From an uncultured Planctomycetota bacterium (lineage in GTDB: Bacteria > Planctomycetota > Planctomycetia > Isosphaerales > Isosphaeraceae): a stretch of 64,000 bases of DNA. Below are positions 20,201 through 29,631 of this stretch, piece by piece; the stretch's first letter is position 1, and every line of letters begins with the position of its first letter. The DNA lies in the NCBI GenBank assembly GCA_963823665.1, contig CAWGMQ010000011.1, forward strand, positions 736,001 to 800,000. The letters are read 5' to 3'. The notes under the pieces are model-generated. The model was not told the origin of the DNA. It saw only the letters and a list, made by a program, of their open reading frames with translations, and did not search any database. The translations under genes were made by a program, and so were the position numbers.

Positions 20201-22085
20201 GACGACGCGTGCGTTGCTGTCGGAGCGTGCGGTGCAGGATGACAACTACGCTCCCCGCCAAGCCGCAGTTCAGGCGTTGGCCGCGAAGTGGCCCGACGAG
20301 ACGACGCGTGCGTTGCTTTTGGAGCGTGCTGTGCAGGATGACAACAACGGTCCCCGCCAAGCTGCGGTTGAGGCGTTGGCCGCGAAGTGGCCCGACGAGA
20401 CGACACGTGCGTTGCTGTCGGAGCGGGCGGTGCAGGATGCCAACTACGATCTCCGCCAAGCGGCGGTTCGGGCCTTGGCCGCGAAGTGGCCCGACGAGAC
20501 GACGCGAGCCCAGTTCGCCAAGTGGACGACCGAGGCGGCAGCGCCCGATGTACGCAGCGCTGCGGTTCAGGCGTTGGCCGCGAAGTGGCCCGACGAGACG
20601 ACGCGTGCGTTGCTGTCGGAGCGGGCTGTGCAGGATGACAACGGCGGTCCCCGCCAAGCCGCGGTTCGGGCGTTGGCCGATAAGTGGCCCGACGAGACGA
20701 CGCGTGCCCTACTGACGCAGCGTGCGGTGCAGGATGACAACTACCCTCCCCGCCGAGCCGCGGTTCAGGCGTTGGCCGATAAGTGGCCCGACGAGACGAC
20801 GCGAGCCCAGTTCGCCAAGTGGACGACCGAGGCGGCAGCGCCCGATGTACGCAGCGCTGCGGTTCAGGCGTTGGCCGCGAAGTGGCCCGACGAGACGACG
20901 CGTGCGTTGCTTTTGGAGCGGGCTGTGCAGGATGACAACTACGCTCCCCGCCAAGCCGCAGTTCGGGCGTTGGCCGAGAAATGGCCCGACGAGACGACGC
21001 GCGCCCTGCTGATGGAGCGTGCCGTGCAGGATGACCACCGCGCTCCCCGCCAAGCTGCGGTTGAGGCGTTGGCCGATAAGTGGCCCGACGAGACGACACG
21101 TGCGTTGCTGTCGGAGCGGGCGGTGCAGGATGCCAACTACGATCTCCGCCAAGCGGCGGTTCGGGCCTTGGCCGCGAAGTGGCCCGACGAGACGACGCGT
21201 GCGTTGCTTTTGGAGCGGGCTGTGCAGGATGACAACTACGCTCCCCGCCAAGCTGCGGTTGAGGCGTTGGCCGCGAAGTGGCCCGACGAGACGACGCGTG
21301 CGTTGCTGTCGGAGCGGGCTGTGCAGGATGACAACAACGGTCCCCGCCAAGCTGCGGTTGAGGCGTTGGCCGCGAAGTGGCCCGACGAGACGACGCGTGC
21401 GTTGCTGTTGGAACGGGCTGTGCAGGATGCCAACTACGATCTCCGCCAAGCGGCGGTTCGGGCCTTGGCCGCGAAGTGGCCCGACGAGACGACGCGAGCC
21501 CAGTTCGCCAAGTGGACGACCGAGGCGGCAGCGCCCGATGTACGCAGCGCTGCGGTTCAGGCGTTGGCCGCGAAGTGGCCCGACGAGACGACGCGTGCGT
21601 TGCTTTTGGAGCGGGCTGTGCAGGATGACAACTACGCTCCCCGCCAAGCCGCAGTTCGGGCGTTGGCCGAGAAATGGCCCGACGAGACGACGCGCGCCCT
21701 GCTGATGGAGCGTGCCGTGCAGGATGACCACCGCGCTCCTCGCCGCGCAGCGCTTGAGGCGTTGGCCGCGAAGTGGCCCGACGAGGCGACTCGCGCCTTG
21801 CTGGCCCAGCGGGTTGTCCAGGATCCGGACGATCAGGTGCGAGGCCTCGCCTTTTCCGCGTTGGCCAGGACCCACTCCCCGATTGGCCGCATCCTGCCGA
21901 CACGAGACTTGGATGGCGTGGGCCCGTATCTCGATCCACTGCAACCGATTCCACTTGACAATATCCGAAAGGCCGCCAAAAGGCTCAGCATCCACCCCGA
22001 CGAAATCGACGCCCAGGTCGCGTCGCTCTCGGCGCACTTGGGTTGGGATATCACCCGCGGCGCGAAGCCATCGGGTAAAGAATAG
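17243..22085 (+). CDS. NLR-like STAND protein: DUF4062 (TIR-like) + NACHT + HEAT-like repeats (frameshifts near 17850 and 19500)
   Basis: VFLASPGDV..ER..GQRFGSP..SGTEEEF (DUF4062); Walker A GDPGSGKS; Walker B LLLDGLDE; NPLLL; FVHRTFLEYF; then about 21 33-aa repeats. Three overlapping ORFs in domain order. Confidence 0.85.
19839..21870 (+). repeat. Tandem array of 99-nt (33-aa) HEAT-like coding repeats, about 21 units
   Basis: Units start at 19839, 19938 ... 21819 at an exact 99-nt period. Consensus QDDNxxPRQAAVxALAxKWPDETTRALLxERAV. Confidence 0.97.
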
Positions 22086-22209
22086 CTCAGAAGCAATCCT
22101 ACCAGAAAGGAACGCGAACTCGGCGAGTGAGCGCGCGAATCCAACCGGACCGGAACGCAACGGATACGGATCGCACACACCGCCCGCCATGCCCCGCCCC
22201 CAAATCCCA

Positions 22210-22238
22210 TTGAGCTTGGACCACCGCCCCGCTAAGCT
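22210..22238 (+). promoter_or_regulatory. Putative sigma70 promoter TTGAGC-N17-TAAGCT (copy 1)
   Basis: Canonical spacing, conserved in both duplicated units. Confidence 0.55.
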
Positions 22239-22276
22239 GACGTGTGTCGCCGTCGCGGCAATGGAGTCCAGCCGCC

Positions 22277-22879
22277 ATGCAAACTCAACTCGTCATGATG
22301 CTGATCCTGGCTTCAACCGCTCAGTTGAAAGCAGACGACAGGCCCCGTCCCGAGCCTCCGCGCGTCTGGCCGGTGACTACCATCCACTTCCGGACCGCTG
22401 GCGAAACTCACGCCCTCACGCTCGAAATGCCACCGCCGGCTGCCGCGGACGCCGAGGACGACGATCCGCCTCCCGCACAGCCGGTCGGGCGTTTCAATTT
22501 GAATACCGCCATGCTGGATCGCGACAACTTCGACCGCTGGCTCTTCCCCCGCGAGCTCTCGGAACGCGCCCGGTACGATCATTTGAAGGAAATCCTCGAT
22601 GCAAGGATCGTTGTCGTGGCCCAGGCGAACAAGCTGACAGACCACGAGCGCGCCAAACTCCGTCTCGCCGGACGCGGAGACATCAAGCGATTCTTTGATG
22701 AAGTCCAGAAGCGGAAGGATCAGTTCGAGATTGACAGAAAGTCTTTCAACACCGGCCTCGCAACCCTGCGCCGCCTCGACGAGCTCTCGCCAACCTACCG
22801 GGACGGCCCCTTCGGCGCTGACTCGCTCTTCGTGAAGATACTTCATAAAATCAGGAACGACCGGCAGACTGGCGGTTAG
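22277..22879 (+). CDS. Hypothetical exported protein, tandem paralog 1
   Basis: Signal-like N-terminus, AKLRLAGRGDIKRFFDEV motif, GGAG upstream; paralog of 22982..23575. Confidence 0.8.
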   Translation: MQTQLVMMLILASTAQLKADDRPRPEPPRVWPVTTIHFRTAGETHALTLEMPPPAAADAEDDDPPPAQPVGRFNLNTAMLDRDNFDRWLFPRELSERARYDHLKEILDARIVVVAQANKLTDHERAKLRLAGRGDIKRFFDEVQKRKDQFEIDRKSFNTGLATLRRLDELSPTYRDGPFGADSLFVKILHKIRNDRQTGG

Positions 22880-22914
22880 CGCCGGCGGTCCCACATTGGC
22901 ACCCCCCAATCTCA

Positions 22915-22943
22915 TTGAGCTTCGACCACCGCCCCGCTAAGCT
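22915..22943 (+). promoter_or_regulatory. Putative sigma70 promoter TTGAGC-N17-TAAGCT (copy 2)
   Basis: Duplicate of 22210-22238, 705 nt downstream. Confidence 0.55.
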
Positions 22944-22981
22944 GACGTGTGTCGCCGTTGCGGCAATGGAGTCCAGCCGCC

Positions 22982-23575
22982 ATGCAAACTCAACTCGTCA
23001 TGATGTTGATCCTGACTTCAACCGCTCAGTTGAGAGCAGACGAGAGGCCCCGTCCCGAGCCTCCACTCGTCTTGCCGGTGACCACCATCCACGTCCGGAC
23101 CGCTGGCGAAACTCACGAGCTCACGCTCGAAATGCCGGCGCCGGACGACGAGGGCGACGATCCGCCTCCCGCACAGCCCGTCGGGCGCTTCAATTGGAAT
23201 ATGGCGATGCTGGATCGCGACAACTTCGACCGCTGGCTGTTCCCACACGAGCAATCGGAAACCGCGCGGCAGGAGCATTTGAGGGACATACTCGACGCCA
23301 AGATCGGTGTCGCAGCTTCGGCGCACAAGCTGACGGATCTAGAGCGCGCCAAGCTCCGTCTCGCCGGACGGGGAGACATCAAGCGATTCTTCGATGAAGT
23401 CCAGAAGAGGAAGGATCAGTTCGAGACCGACAGAAAAAACTTCAATACCGGCCTTGAGGCGCTGCGCCGTCTTGACGCGCTCTCGCCAACCTACCGGGAT
23501 GGTCCCTTCGGCCCTGGCTCGCTCTTCGCCAAGACACTCCACAAGATCGACAACGACCGCAAGACTGGCCGATAG
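22982..23575 (+). CDS. Hypothetical exported protein, tandem paralog 2
   Basis: Collinear and highly similar to 22277..22879. Confidence 0.8.
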   Translation: MQTQLVMMLILTSTAQLRADERPRPEPPLVLPVTTIHVRTAGETHELTLEMPAPDDEGDDPPPAQPVGRFNWNMAMLDRDNFDRWLFPHEQSETARQEHLRDILDAKIGVAASAHKLTDLERAKLRLAGRGDIKRFFDEVQKRKDQFETDRKNFNTGLEALRRLDALSPTYRDGPFGPGSLFAKTLHKIDNDRKTGR

Positions 23576-23747
23576 CACCCGCAGACCCTCATTGCGGTCG
23601 CGTGCACGACCCGTTAGATTCACGCATGCCTCAAATGCGCGTGTGCGATAAACGTCGACGGCCGGGCCTGCGCCGTGACCCGGCTGAAGGTTCATCCGCG
23701 GCTCTCGCCGGTGTCAACGCCCAAGACGAATAAGAGGATGTGCACAC

Positions 23748-25253
23748 ATGGCGCAGCGGGGCAATGCCAATGTCCAATTCGAGGGCCAGACCATCGACGA
23801 GATGGTCGCGGCGTTCATGAAGGAACACCGCATCCCGGGAATGACCCTGGCAATCGTGCAAGCCCCGTACATCCCGCGCGTAGTGGGGTACGGCGTCTCC
23901 GACGTCGAGAAAGGGCTGCTGGCTTCGCCGAAGACGCTGTGGAACGTCGGCCAGATCACGCAGGCCTACACGGCCGTCGCGATCATGCAGCTCGTCGAAG
24001 AGGACAAGCTCGCCTTGGATGATCCTGTCAGCCGGCACCCCCCGAGCTTACCGGGCCCTTGGCAAGGCATCACGGTGCGGCAGCTCATGGCCCACGCCTC
24101 CGGGTTGCCCGACTACACCAGGCAGCCGTCCTTTCAGCCCGCTCGCGAGTACACTCCCGACCAGGTGATCGCCTTGGTCAAGGACATTCCCCTGGCCTTC
24201 ACGCCCGGCACGCGCGTCGAAAACAGCGCCACCAACTTCTTCCTGCTCGGGCTGGTCGTCGAGCGTGCAAGCGGAATGAGCTACGAGGAGTTCGTCACCA
24301 AGCACCAGATCGAGCGCCTCGGGCTGAAGAACACGTTGTTTCCCTCCAAACTCGCCCAAATCAAGTCGGAAGGGCTCGAACCCGGTTCGGCCAAGCACCA
24401 GAAGTTTCTGAGCGAGCGGCCCTACATCGACCCTACGGAGCTGGCCACGGGTTACACCGAGAAAGACGGCAAGATCACACCGGTTCCACGCAACAGTCAG
24501 AGCGCCTGGTATGCGAGCGGCGCGATACTCGCCTCGGCCGAGGATATCAGCCTCTGGGACATCGGGCTCGCGGGTAACCTGCTCGTCCGCAAAAAGGAAA
24601 ACCGCGACTTCCTCTATCATGGCATCGCGCTCAGCGACGGGACGAAGGTCCCGGCGCATTGCGGTTGGCGATTCCCGGGGCGCCCGGGGCTCATGGACGT
24701 CCGAGGAAATGTGCCCGGGTTCTCGTGCTACCTGAGCCGGCTCACGGTCGATCTCGTCTGTGTCACATTATGCGCGAACAAGGAAGGAGTAGACCTCACC
24801 GAGCTAGGAAGGCGCATCGCCGGGGCGTTCGACCGCGCGCTGGGGCCGCCGGTCAGCCCCAAGGTGATGACCTGCCTCGAAAGCTGCTTTCCCGTCGCGA
24901 CGACCGCCGACCGCCTGGCCGAGTTTCTCCGGACCAACGGCGTCGAAGTCGTCGCACGCATCGACCACGCCGCCGCGGCCCGGAAAAAGGGATTGGCAAT
25001 GAGACCCACGGAAGTGCTCATCTTCGGCAACCCATCCCTCGGCACGCACCTGATGCTCAGCCGGCCCAGCGTGGCACTCGACCTGCCGCTGCGCGTTGCG
25101 GTCTGGCAGGAGGTAGACGGAACCGTGTGGGCGGGCTATCACGATGTTTCCGACCTCGCCAGCGGCCACGGGATCACCGACCGCGCGGAGACGCTCGAAG
25201 CGATGAAGTCCGGCCTGACCGCCGCGCTCGCCCATGCCACCGCGCCATATTAG
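23748..25253 (+). CDS. Beta-lactamase-fold (serine hydrolase family) protein fused to DUF302; catalytic motifs degenerate
   Basis: IPGMTLAIV, TVRQLMAHASGLPDY, ERLGLKNT; C-terminal RIDHAAAA..VLIFGNP..ALDLPLRVAVW. Confidence 0.85.
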   Translation: MAQRGNANVQFEGQTIDEMVAAFMKEHRIPGMTLAIVQAPYIPRVVGYGVSDVEKGLLASPKTLWNVGQITQAYTAVAIMQLVEEDKLALDDPVSRHPPSLPGPWQGITVRQLMAHASGLPDYTRQPSFQPAREYTPDQVIALVKDIPLAFTPGTRVENSATNFFLLGLVVERASGMSYEEFVTKHQIERLGLKNTLFPSKLAQIKSEGLEPGSAKHQKFLSERPYIDPTELATGYTEKDGKITPVPRNSQSAWYASGAILASAEDISLWDIGLAGNLLVRKKENRDFLYHGIALSDGTKVPAHCGWRFPGRPGLMDVRGNVPGFSCYLSRLTVDLVCVTLCANKEGVDLTELGRRIAGAFDRALGPPVSPKVMTCLESCFPVATTADRLAEFLRTNGVEVVARIDHAAAARKKGLAMRPTEVLIFGNPSLGTHLMLSRPSVALDLPLRVAVWQEVDGTVWAGYHDVSDLASGHGITDRAETLEAMKSGLTAALAHATAPY

Positions 25254-25519
25254 CTCGAGTGAAATGCTCGGATGCCGGTTGCGCTCGTAGAATCGACGAC
25301 GGTCGCTTTCCTCGTAGGGTCCGCCCCGACCGTCCGCCCCGCAATGCCATCCCCGCAAGAAGCCCGACCTGCCTCTCCGCAGCGCATCAGCGGTGTCACG
25401 AAGCGCTCGATGCGTTACGATACATGTGTCGGTAACGTAATCAGCGTAAGAAGATTTCAAGTACCCTCACAACCGGAGCTAAGCGTTGCCCACTTGGTGG
25501 CCCTTCCGAAAATCCCCAC

Positions 25520-26421
25520 CACCCCCTCGCCCCGCTCCACTCGACGCGACGGCAATCGTCCGCCGAGCGCCGTCGCTTGCGCTTCCGCGTCAAGCCCGGC
25601 GCCGTCTCGCAGCTCGCCGGTGCCTACCATGGCGCCCGGCCGGGGATCGGCCTCACCTTCGCTGAGCTTCGCGCCTACGAGCCCGGCGATGACGTCCGCC
25701 ACATCGACTGGAACGTCACCGCCCGCCAGGGCCGGCCGTTCGTGCGCCGCTACGTCGAAGAACGCGCGCTGTCGCTGTGGCTCGTGGTGGATGTCTCCGC
25801 CAGCATGCGGTTCGGCCTCGAGCGGGCCACCAAGGCCGATCGCGCCGCCCAGGCCGCCGCTCTTCTCGCCACCGCCGCCGTGCAGAACGGAGACCGGGTC
25901 GGCCTGGCCTTGGTCAGCGATCGCATCGAGCTCGAGCTGGCCCCAGCCGGCGGCGTGCGACACCTCTCCCAGTTGGTCCGCGCTCTTGTCGCCACGCCCA
26001 CCACTTCCCCCGGCACCAAGCTCAGTATCGGACTGGCAAGAGTCCGCCGCACCGCCCGGCGGGCCATGCTCGTCGTGATCAGCGACTTCGTGAGCGAAGA
26101 GCCCTCGCTCACCTGGCGCCGCGCCGCCCGGCGCCACGATACGATCGCCATTCGCGTCGTCGATCCCCGCGAAACCAAGCTGCCCGACGCCGGTATCCTT
26201 TCTCTCGAGGACGTCGAGCGCGGCAAGAAACGCTTCGTCGACTCAAGCTCGCGCCGCCTCCGCCGCGACTATGCAAAGGCAGCGGTCGATCGCACCAGTC
26301 GTTCCAGCGCTGGTGCGGCAACTCCGGCATCGAGCCGTTCACGATGATGACGGACTCGGATCCGATCATACCGTTGATCGAGCTGTTCTCACGACGCAAC
26401 ACGCGCCGGGGTGGCTTGTGA
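25520..26421 (+). CDS. DUF58 family (MoxR/VWA-associated) protein; frameshifts near 25565 and 26295, start uncertain
   Basis: FAELRAYEPGDDVRHIDWNVTAR, VDVSASM, GDRVGL, ISDF. Confidence 0.85.
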
Positions 26422-26993
26422 AGCGAGCCGACCGCGCGATCTCTGGTCCCGCCGCGACCGAATCTGGGCCCGGAGCCCTGGTCGAAATCCCCGGCCGCGG
26501 TCGCACCTGGCTCGTCGTCCCGGCGCTGTTCGCGCTCGTCGCAGCGTGGCTCGCCTGGAGGATCGTGTCGCGCTCGGCGCACGAGGTCGCCTCAAGAAGC
26601 TGTCTCGCTCGAGCCGCTCGACCAATCGCCGCGCGGCCGTCTGGTCGCTCTCTCGTCCTCCGCAAAAACCGCGCTCGCCGCACGTTTTGGCCCCGCGCTG
26701 GCGCGCCAAGACAACCGAGGAACTTGCGGTTGAGCCCGCGCTCGCGGAGCTGCTCGGCCCGGATCTGCTCCGTGAGCTGATCGAGTTCCTCGACCGGACC
26801 GATCGCCTCAAATTCGCCCCGCACCGGTCCAACCAGGCCGGCCGGTCGCTCGAGGAAGAGCTCGCCGCATGGGACCCGCGCGTCGCCGGCTTGATCGGCA
26901 AGATCGGCGCGAGATCCAACGGTCGTCCGGACAAGCACGCTCAGCGCGCAGCGCGGCTCCTGCTTCACCAGCCCGATGATCGCCCGCGGCTGA
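26418..26993 (+). CDS. Hypothetical membrane-anchored protein (BatB/DUF4381-like), frameshifted, boundaries approximate
   Basis: TM segment WLVVPALFALVAAWLAW in one frame and RAKTTEEL..DRLKFA in another; follows DUF58. Confidence 0.5.
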
Positions 26994-27016
26994 GGCGGAG
27001 ACCCGTACGCTCGCCT

Positions 27017-28252
27017 TCACGGATTCAGCTCACTTCTCTTGAACTGCACCGCGAGTATGTCGGAACGGTAAGGGCCTGTTCGCAGGCGGATGCGCCACGT
27101 CATCTCGTCGCCGAGGCGATCCTCGCTCACTGGCTCACTCGTTACCAGGGTCTCCGCGCTTTCACCCGGTTTCAGGTCCGGGAACTCCTGACCCACGATC
27201 AGCCACTCACTCTCGACGGCCAGCGGATAAAGCTCGATCCTGCCCCCGTTCGGGGTAGCAACGAACGACCGGTCCAGCGCCGATCCTGCATCCCGGATCA
27301 GTGTCCTCGCCAGCGGCGTGAGCGAGTAATTACTGGACAGGTTGGTCAGCTTGAATCTCAGAACGAGTGAGCTCATCTCCTCGAGGCGATACTCGGCCGG
27401 CTCGATCTTGCGCTCGAGCTCCGCGGGTCCGAATGAAACCGAGAGCGGCGTGATGTCAACGTCGCCGATTCGAATCGTCTGGCCGACCAGCGCGACGTTT
27501 GCCGGCGGAATGGGCGGAAGCTCGACCTTTGCTGCGGCATCAGCGGTTTTCGCGGCCCGCGGATCGTCCACCCGGGCGCGCGTCGTCCCGGCCCCGCTCT
27601 TCGGCCGGATGGATCGCGCGCCCCGACCAGAGCACCCAGCCCAGTCCCAGCGTGACCGCGCTGGAATAGCTCAGTAACAGAAGCTGCATCCAGATGCCGC
27701 GGCCGTCGCCGGCGCTCTCGTCGTCATCCGAGCCCGAGTCCACCCGGCGAATCTCGCCCGTCCGGTGCGGCGCCGGGATGGCGTCTCCTGAACGCCGAGG
27801 CCCGCTCGAGCTCGCACGCGAGCGGCCCGCGCCCCCCTTGAAAAGCGAGAGGAGCTTGCCCCACCCGCTCCCGCGGATCGAATGCTCGCCCGAGCCGTGC
27901 CGCACGCCTTGGAAGATCTCCGCCGTCGCCGGATCCAGCGCTTTCTCCGCGGCGGCTGGGTCATTCGAATGGAGCGCCGGGTCCGGGTGGAAGTCAGGCC
28001 CGGAGAGCTGCAAGTCAAGATCGTCGACGCACGAGTCGAAAACCATTTCGTCAAGGTCCAATTCCGGTGACTTCTCAGGCTCCGCCCCACCCTTCGCGCT
28101 CGCCCCCGCTCGGCGGCGTTCGCGCCTGATCCGGGTGCGGGGTCGGCAATGGTTTTTCTCGGATTTCCGACGACATCTTCCTCACCACGAGTTCCAAACG
28201 CACCGCTCAGGCAGGAAAAATCGGCCAGGAAAAGAGGGGTGCCATCAATCAC
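27017..28252 (-). CDS. Hypothetical membrane protein, split over three frames
   Basis: Overlapping ORFs 27671..28252, 27540..28061 (TM LLLLSYSSAVTLGLGWVLW) and 27017..27571 (beta-rich domain). Confidence 0.55.
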
Positions 28253-28310
28253 ATCATGATCGTTTTACCGCTCAGGAATCAATCCCCGTCCGCCGCCGTG
28301 TTCTCCCGCT

Positions 28311-29102
28311 TCATCCGCGCCGCCGGAACCACACGGTCGTGCCGGCGCCCGCAGTGAGCTGCCGCCCGGCATCACCATTGACCACCGCCACCTCCACCCA
28401 GCCTGCGCTGCCGACCAGCGCGATCAGCGTTCCCGTCGGACGCTCGCCGTAAGTTCGCAGAACGCCCGTGATCCGCTCGCCGGCAATCTCGATTTCCCAA
28501 TCACCACGCGATGTTTCGCCCAGGTACTCCGCGTTGATATTCGTTATCAGGTTGCCGAACGTGTCGCGAAAAATCACTTCGCCCACGAATCCGCGCTCGT
28601 CAGCCGTCGGCTCGAAATTCCTGAGCTTGATGAATTGATCTCGGCTTGGGCCGAGCAACGCCGGATCCCCCCCGCGCAGCAAATGCGCGGCCGCCGGCGC
28701 CAGGATGTCACGCCCGTGGAATGTCGCCGAGACGATCGAACGCTGCAGCGCCGGGTTGGTAAGCTCCCAGATCCCGCCCGATGCTCGCCCCCGCGCCACC
28801 CCCGTGATCAGCCCGTTGTCCGGCAGCACGAACCACTGCTCGGCGAACATGGCCGCGATCAACCGCCGCTCCGTGCCCACTCCCGGGTCCACGACGACAA
28901 GGTGCACCGTCCCCTTCGGAAAGACATCGACAACCCCCGCCAGGATGAAGCCCCCCTCCAGAATATTCTGCGGCGAAATCGTGTGACACACGTCGACGAG
29001 CTGCGTTCCCGGAGCCAGCTCGAGCAACACACCCTTGAGGGCGGCGACGTACGACCCGGTCAAGCCGAAATCAGTCGTCAGGGTCAATATCCGCTGTTCC
29101 AT
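28311..29102 (-). CDS. SAM hydrolase / SAM-dependent halogenase family (DUF62)
   Basis: LTTDFG, VVDPGVGT, PDNG, SATFHGRDI, DTFGNLITN. Confidence 0.95.
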   Translation of the reverse strand: MEQRILTLTTDFGLTGSYVAALKGVLLELAPGTQLVDVCHTISPQNILEGGFILAGVVDVFPKGTVHLVVVDPGVGTERRLIAAMFAEQWFVLPDNGLITGVARGRASGGIWELTNPALQRSIVSATFHGRDILAPAAAHLLRGGDPALLGPSRDQFIKLRNFEPTADERGFVGEVIFRDTFGNLITNINAEYLGETSRGDWEIEIAGERITGVLRTYGERPTGTLIALVGSAGWVEVAVVNGDAGRQLTAGAGTTVWFRRRG

Positions 29103-29115
29103 CGCTCCTCCAGGA

Positions 29116-29466
29116 TCAAGGGACCGCAGCCTCATAGACAGCCGTGACCCGCGCGGTGATTCCCCCGCGCGCATTGAACTGCCCCATGACTCTCATTCGC
29201 CTGGGACGGCAGCTCGCCGTCAGATCATCGAGTATCGTGTTCACCACGTGCTCGTAGAAAATGCCCCGATTGCGAAAATCGAACAAGTACAGCTTCAAGC
29301 TCTTCAGCTCGAGACAGGCCGCCGCGGGCACGTACTGGATCACGATCGTGCCGAAATCGGGCTGCCCCGTCTTGGGGCACACCGCAGTAAACTCCGGGCA
29401 AGTGATCTCGATTTCGTACTCTCGCCTCGGAAACTCGTTCGCAAAAGTCTCGACCGCCGAAGGCAT
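29116..29466 (-). CDS. queF: NADPH-dependent preQ0 reductase (preQ1 synthase), type I
   Basis: EFTAVCPKTGQPDF, ELKSLKLY, FNARGGI. Confidence 0.97.
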   Translation of the reverse strand: MPSAVETFANEFPRREYEIEITCPEFTAVCPKTGQPDFGTIVIQYVPAAACLELKSLKLYLFDFRNRGIFYEHVVNTILDDLTASCRPRRMRVMGQFNARGGITARVTAVYEAAVP

Positions 29467-29631
29467 CGCGTTACTCCATCTCTTCCTGTTGGCCCGCAGC
29501 TCCCGCTCCCAATTGCTATTCTAGTCGAGTATGGTATCGGCTCGGAAGTTCCCTGGCTTTCGCTTCCGCGCGCACACACACCCGCGTGCTGCCTCGCAAC
29601 ACACTCTTTTCTCCTTCCAAGGATCGCTCAA

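Noticed and set aside
19839..21870. CRISPR array or true TAL effector
   Set aside because: The units are contiguous 99-nt in-frame coding repeats with no unique spacers or cas genes, and the sequence lacks the TALE LTPxQVVAIAS consensus. Only the variable di-residue idea is analogous.
19873..22190. Long antisense and alternate-frame ORFs over the repeat array (693 aa, 493 aa and others)
   Set aside because: Shadow ORFs produced by a stop-free repeat unit in GC-rich DNA; Arg/Pro-rich and not protein-like.
16660..23750. Complete diversity-generating retroelement around the NLR-like gene
   Set aside because: No reverse transcriptase, Avd-like gene or non-coding template repeat is visible in the window.
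29467..29631. preQ1 riboswitch upstream of queF
   Set aside because: No recognisable preQ1 stem-loop with an A-rich tail on the minus strand. An Infernal/Rfam scan would settle it.
29035..29631. N-terminal extension of the aldo/keto reductase as given in the ORF track
   Set aside because: It overlaps queF on the opposite strand; the family-like sequence begins at ATG 29632.
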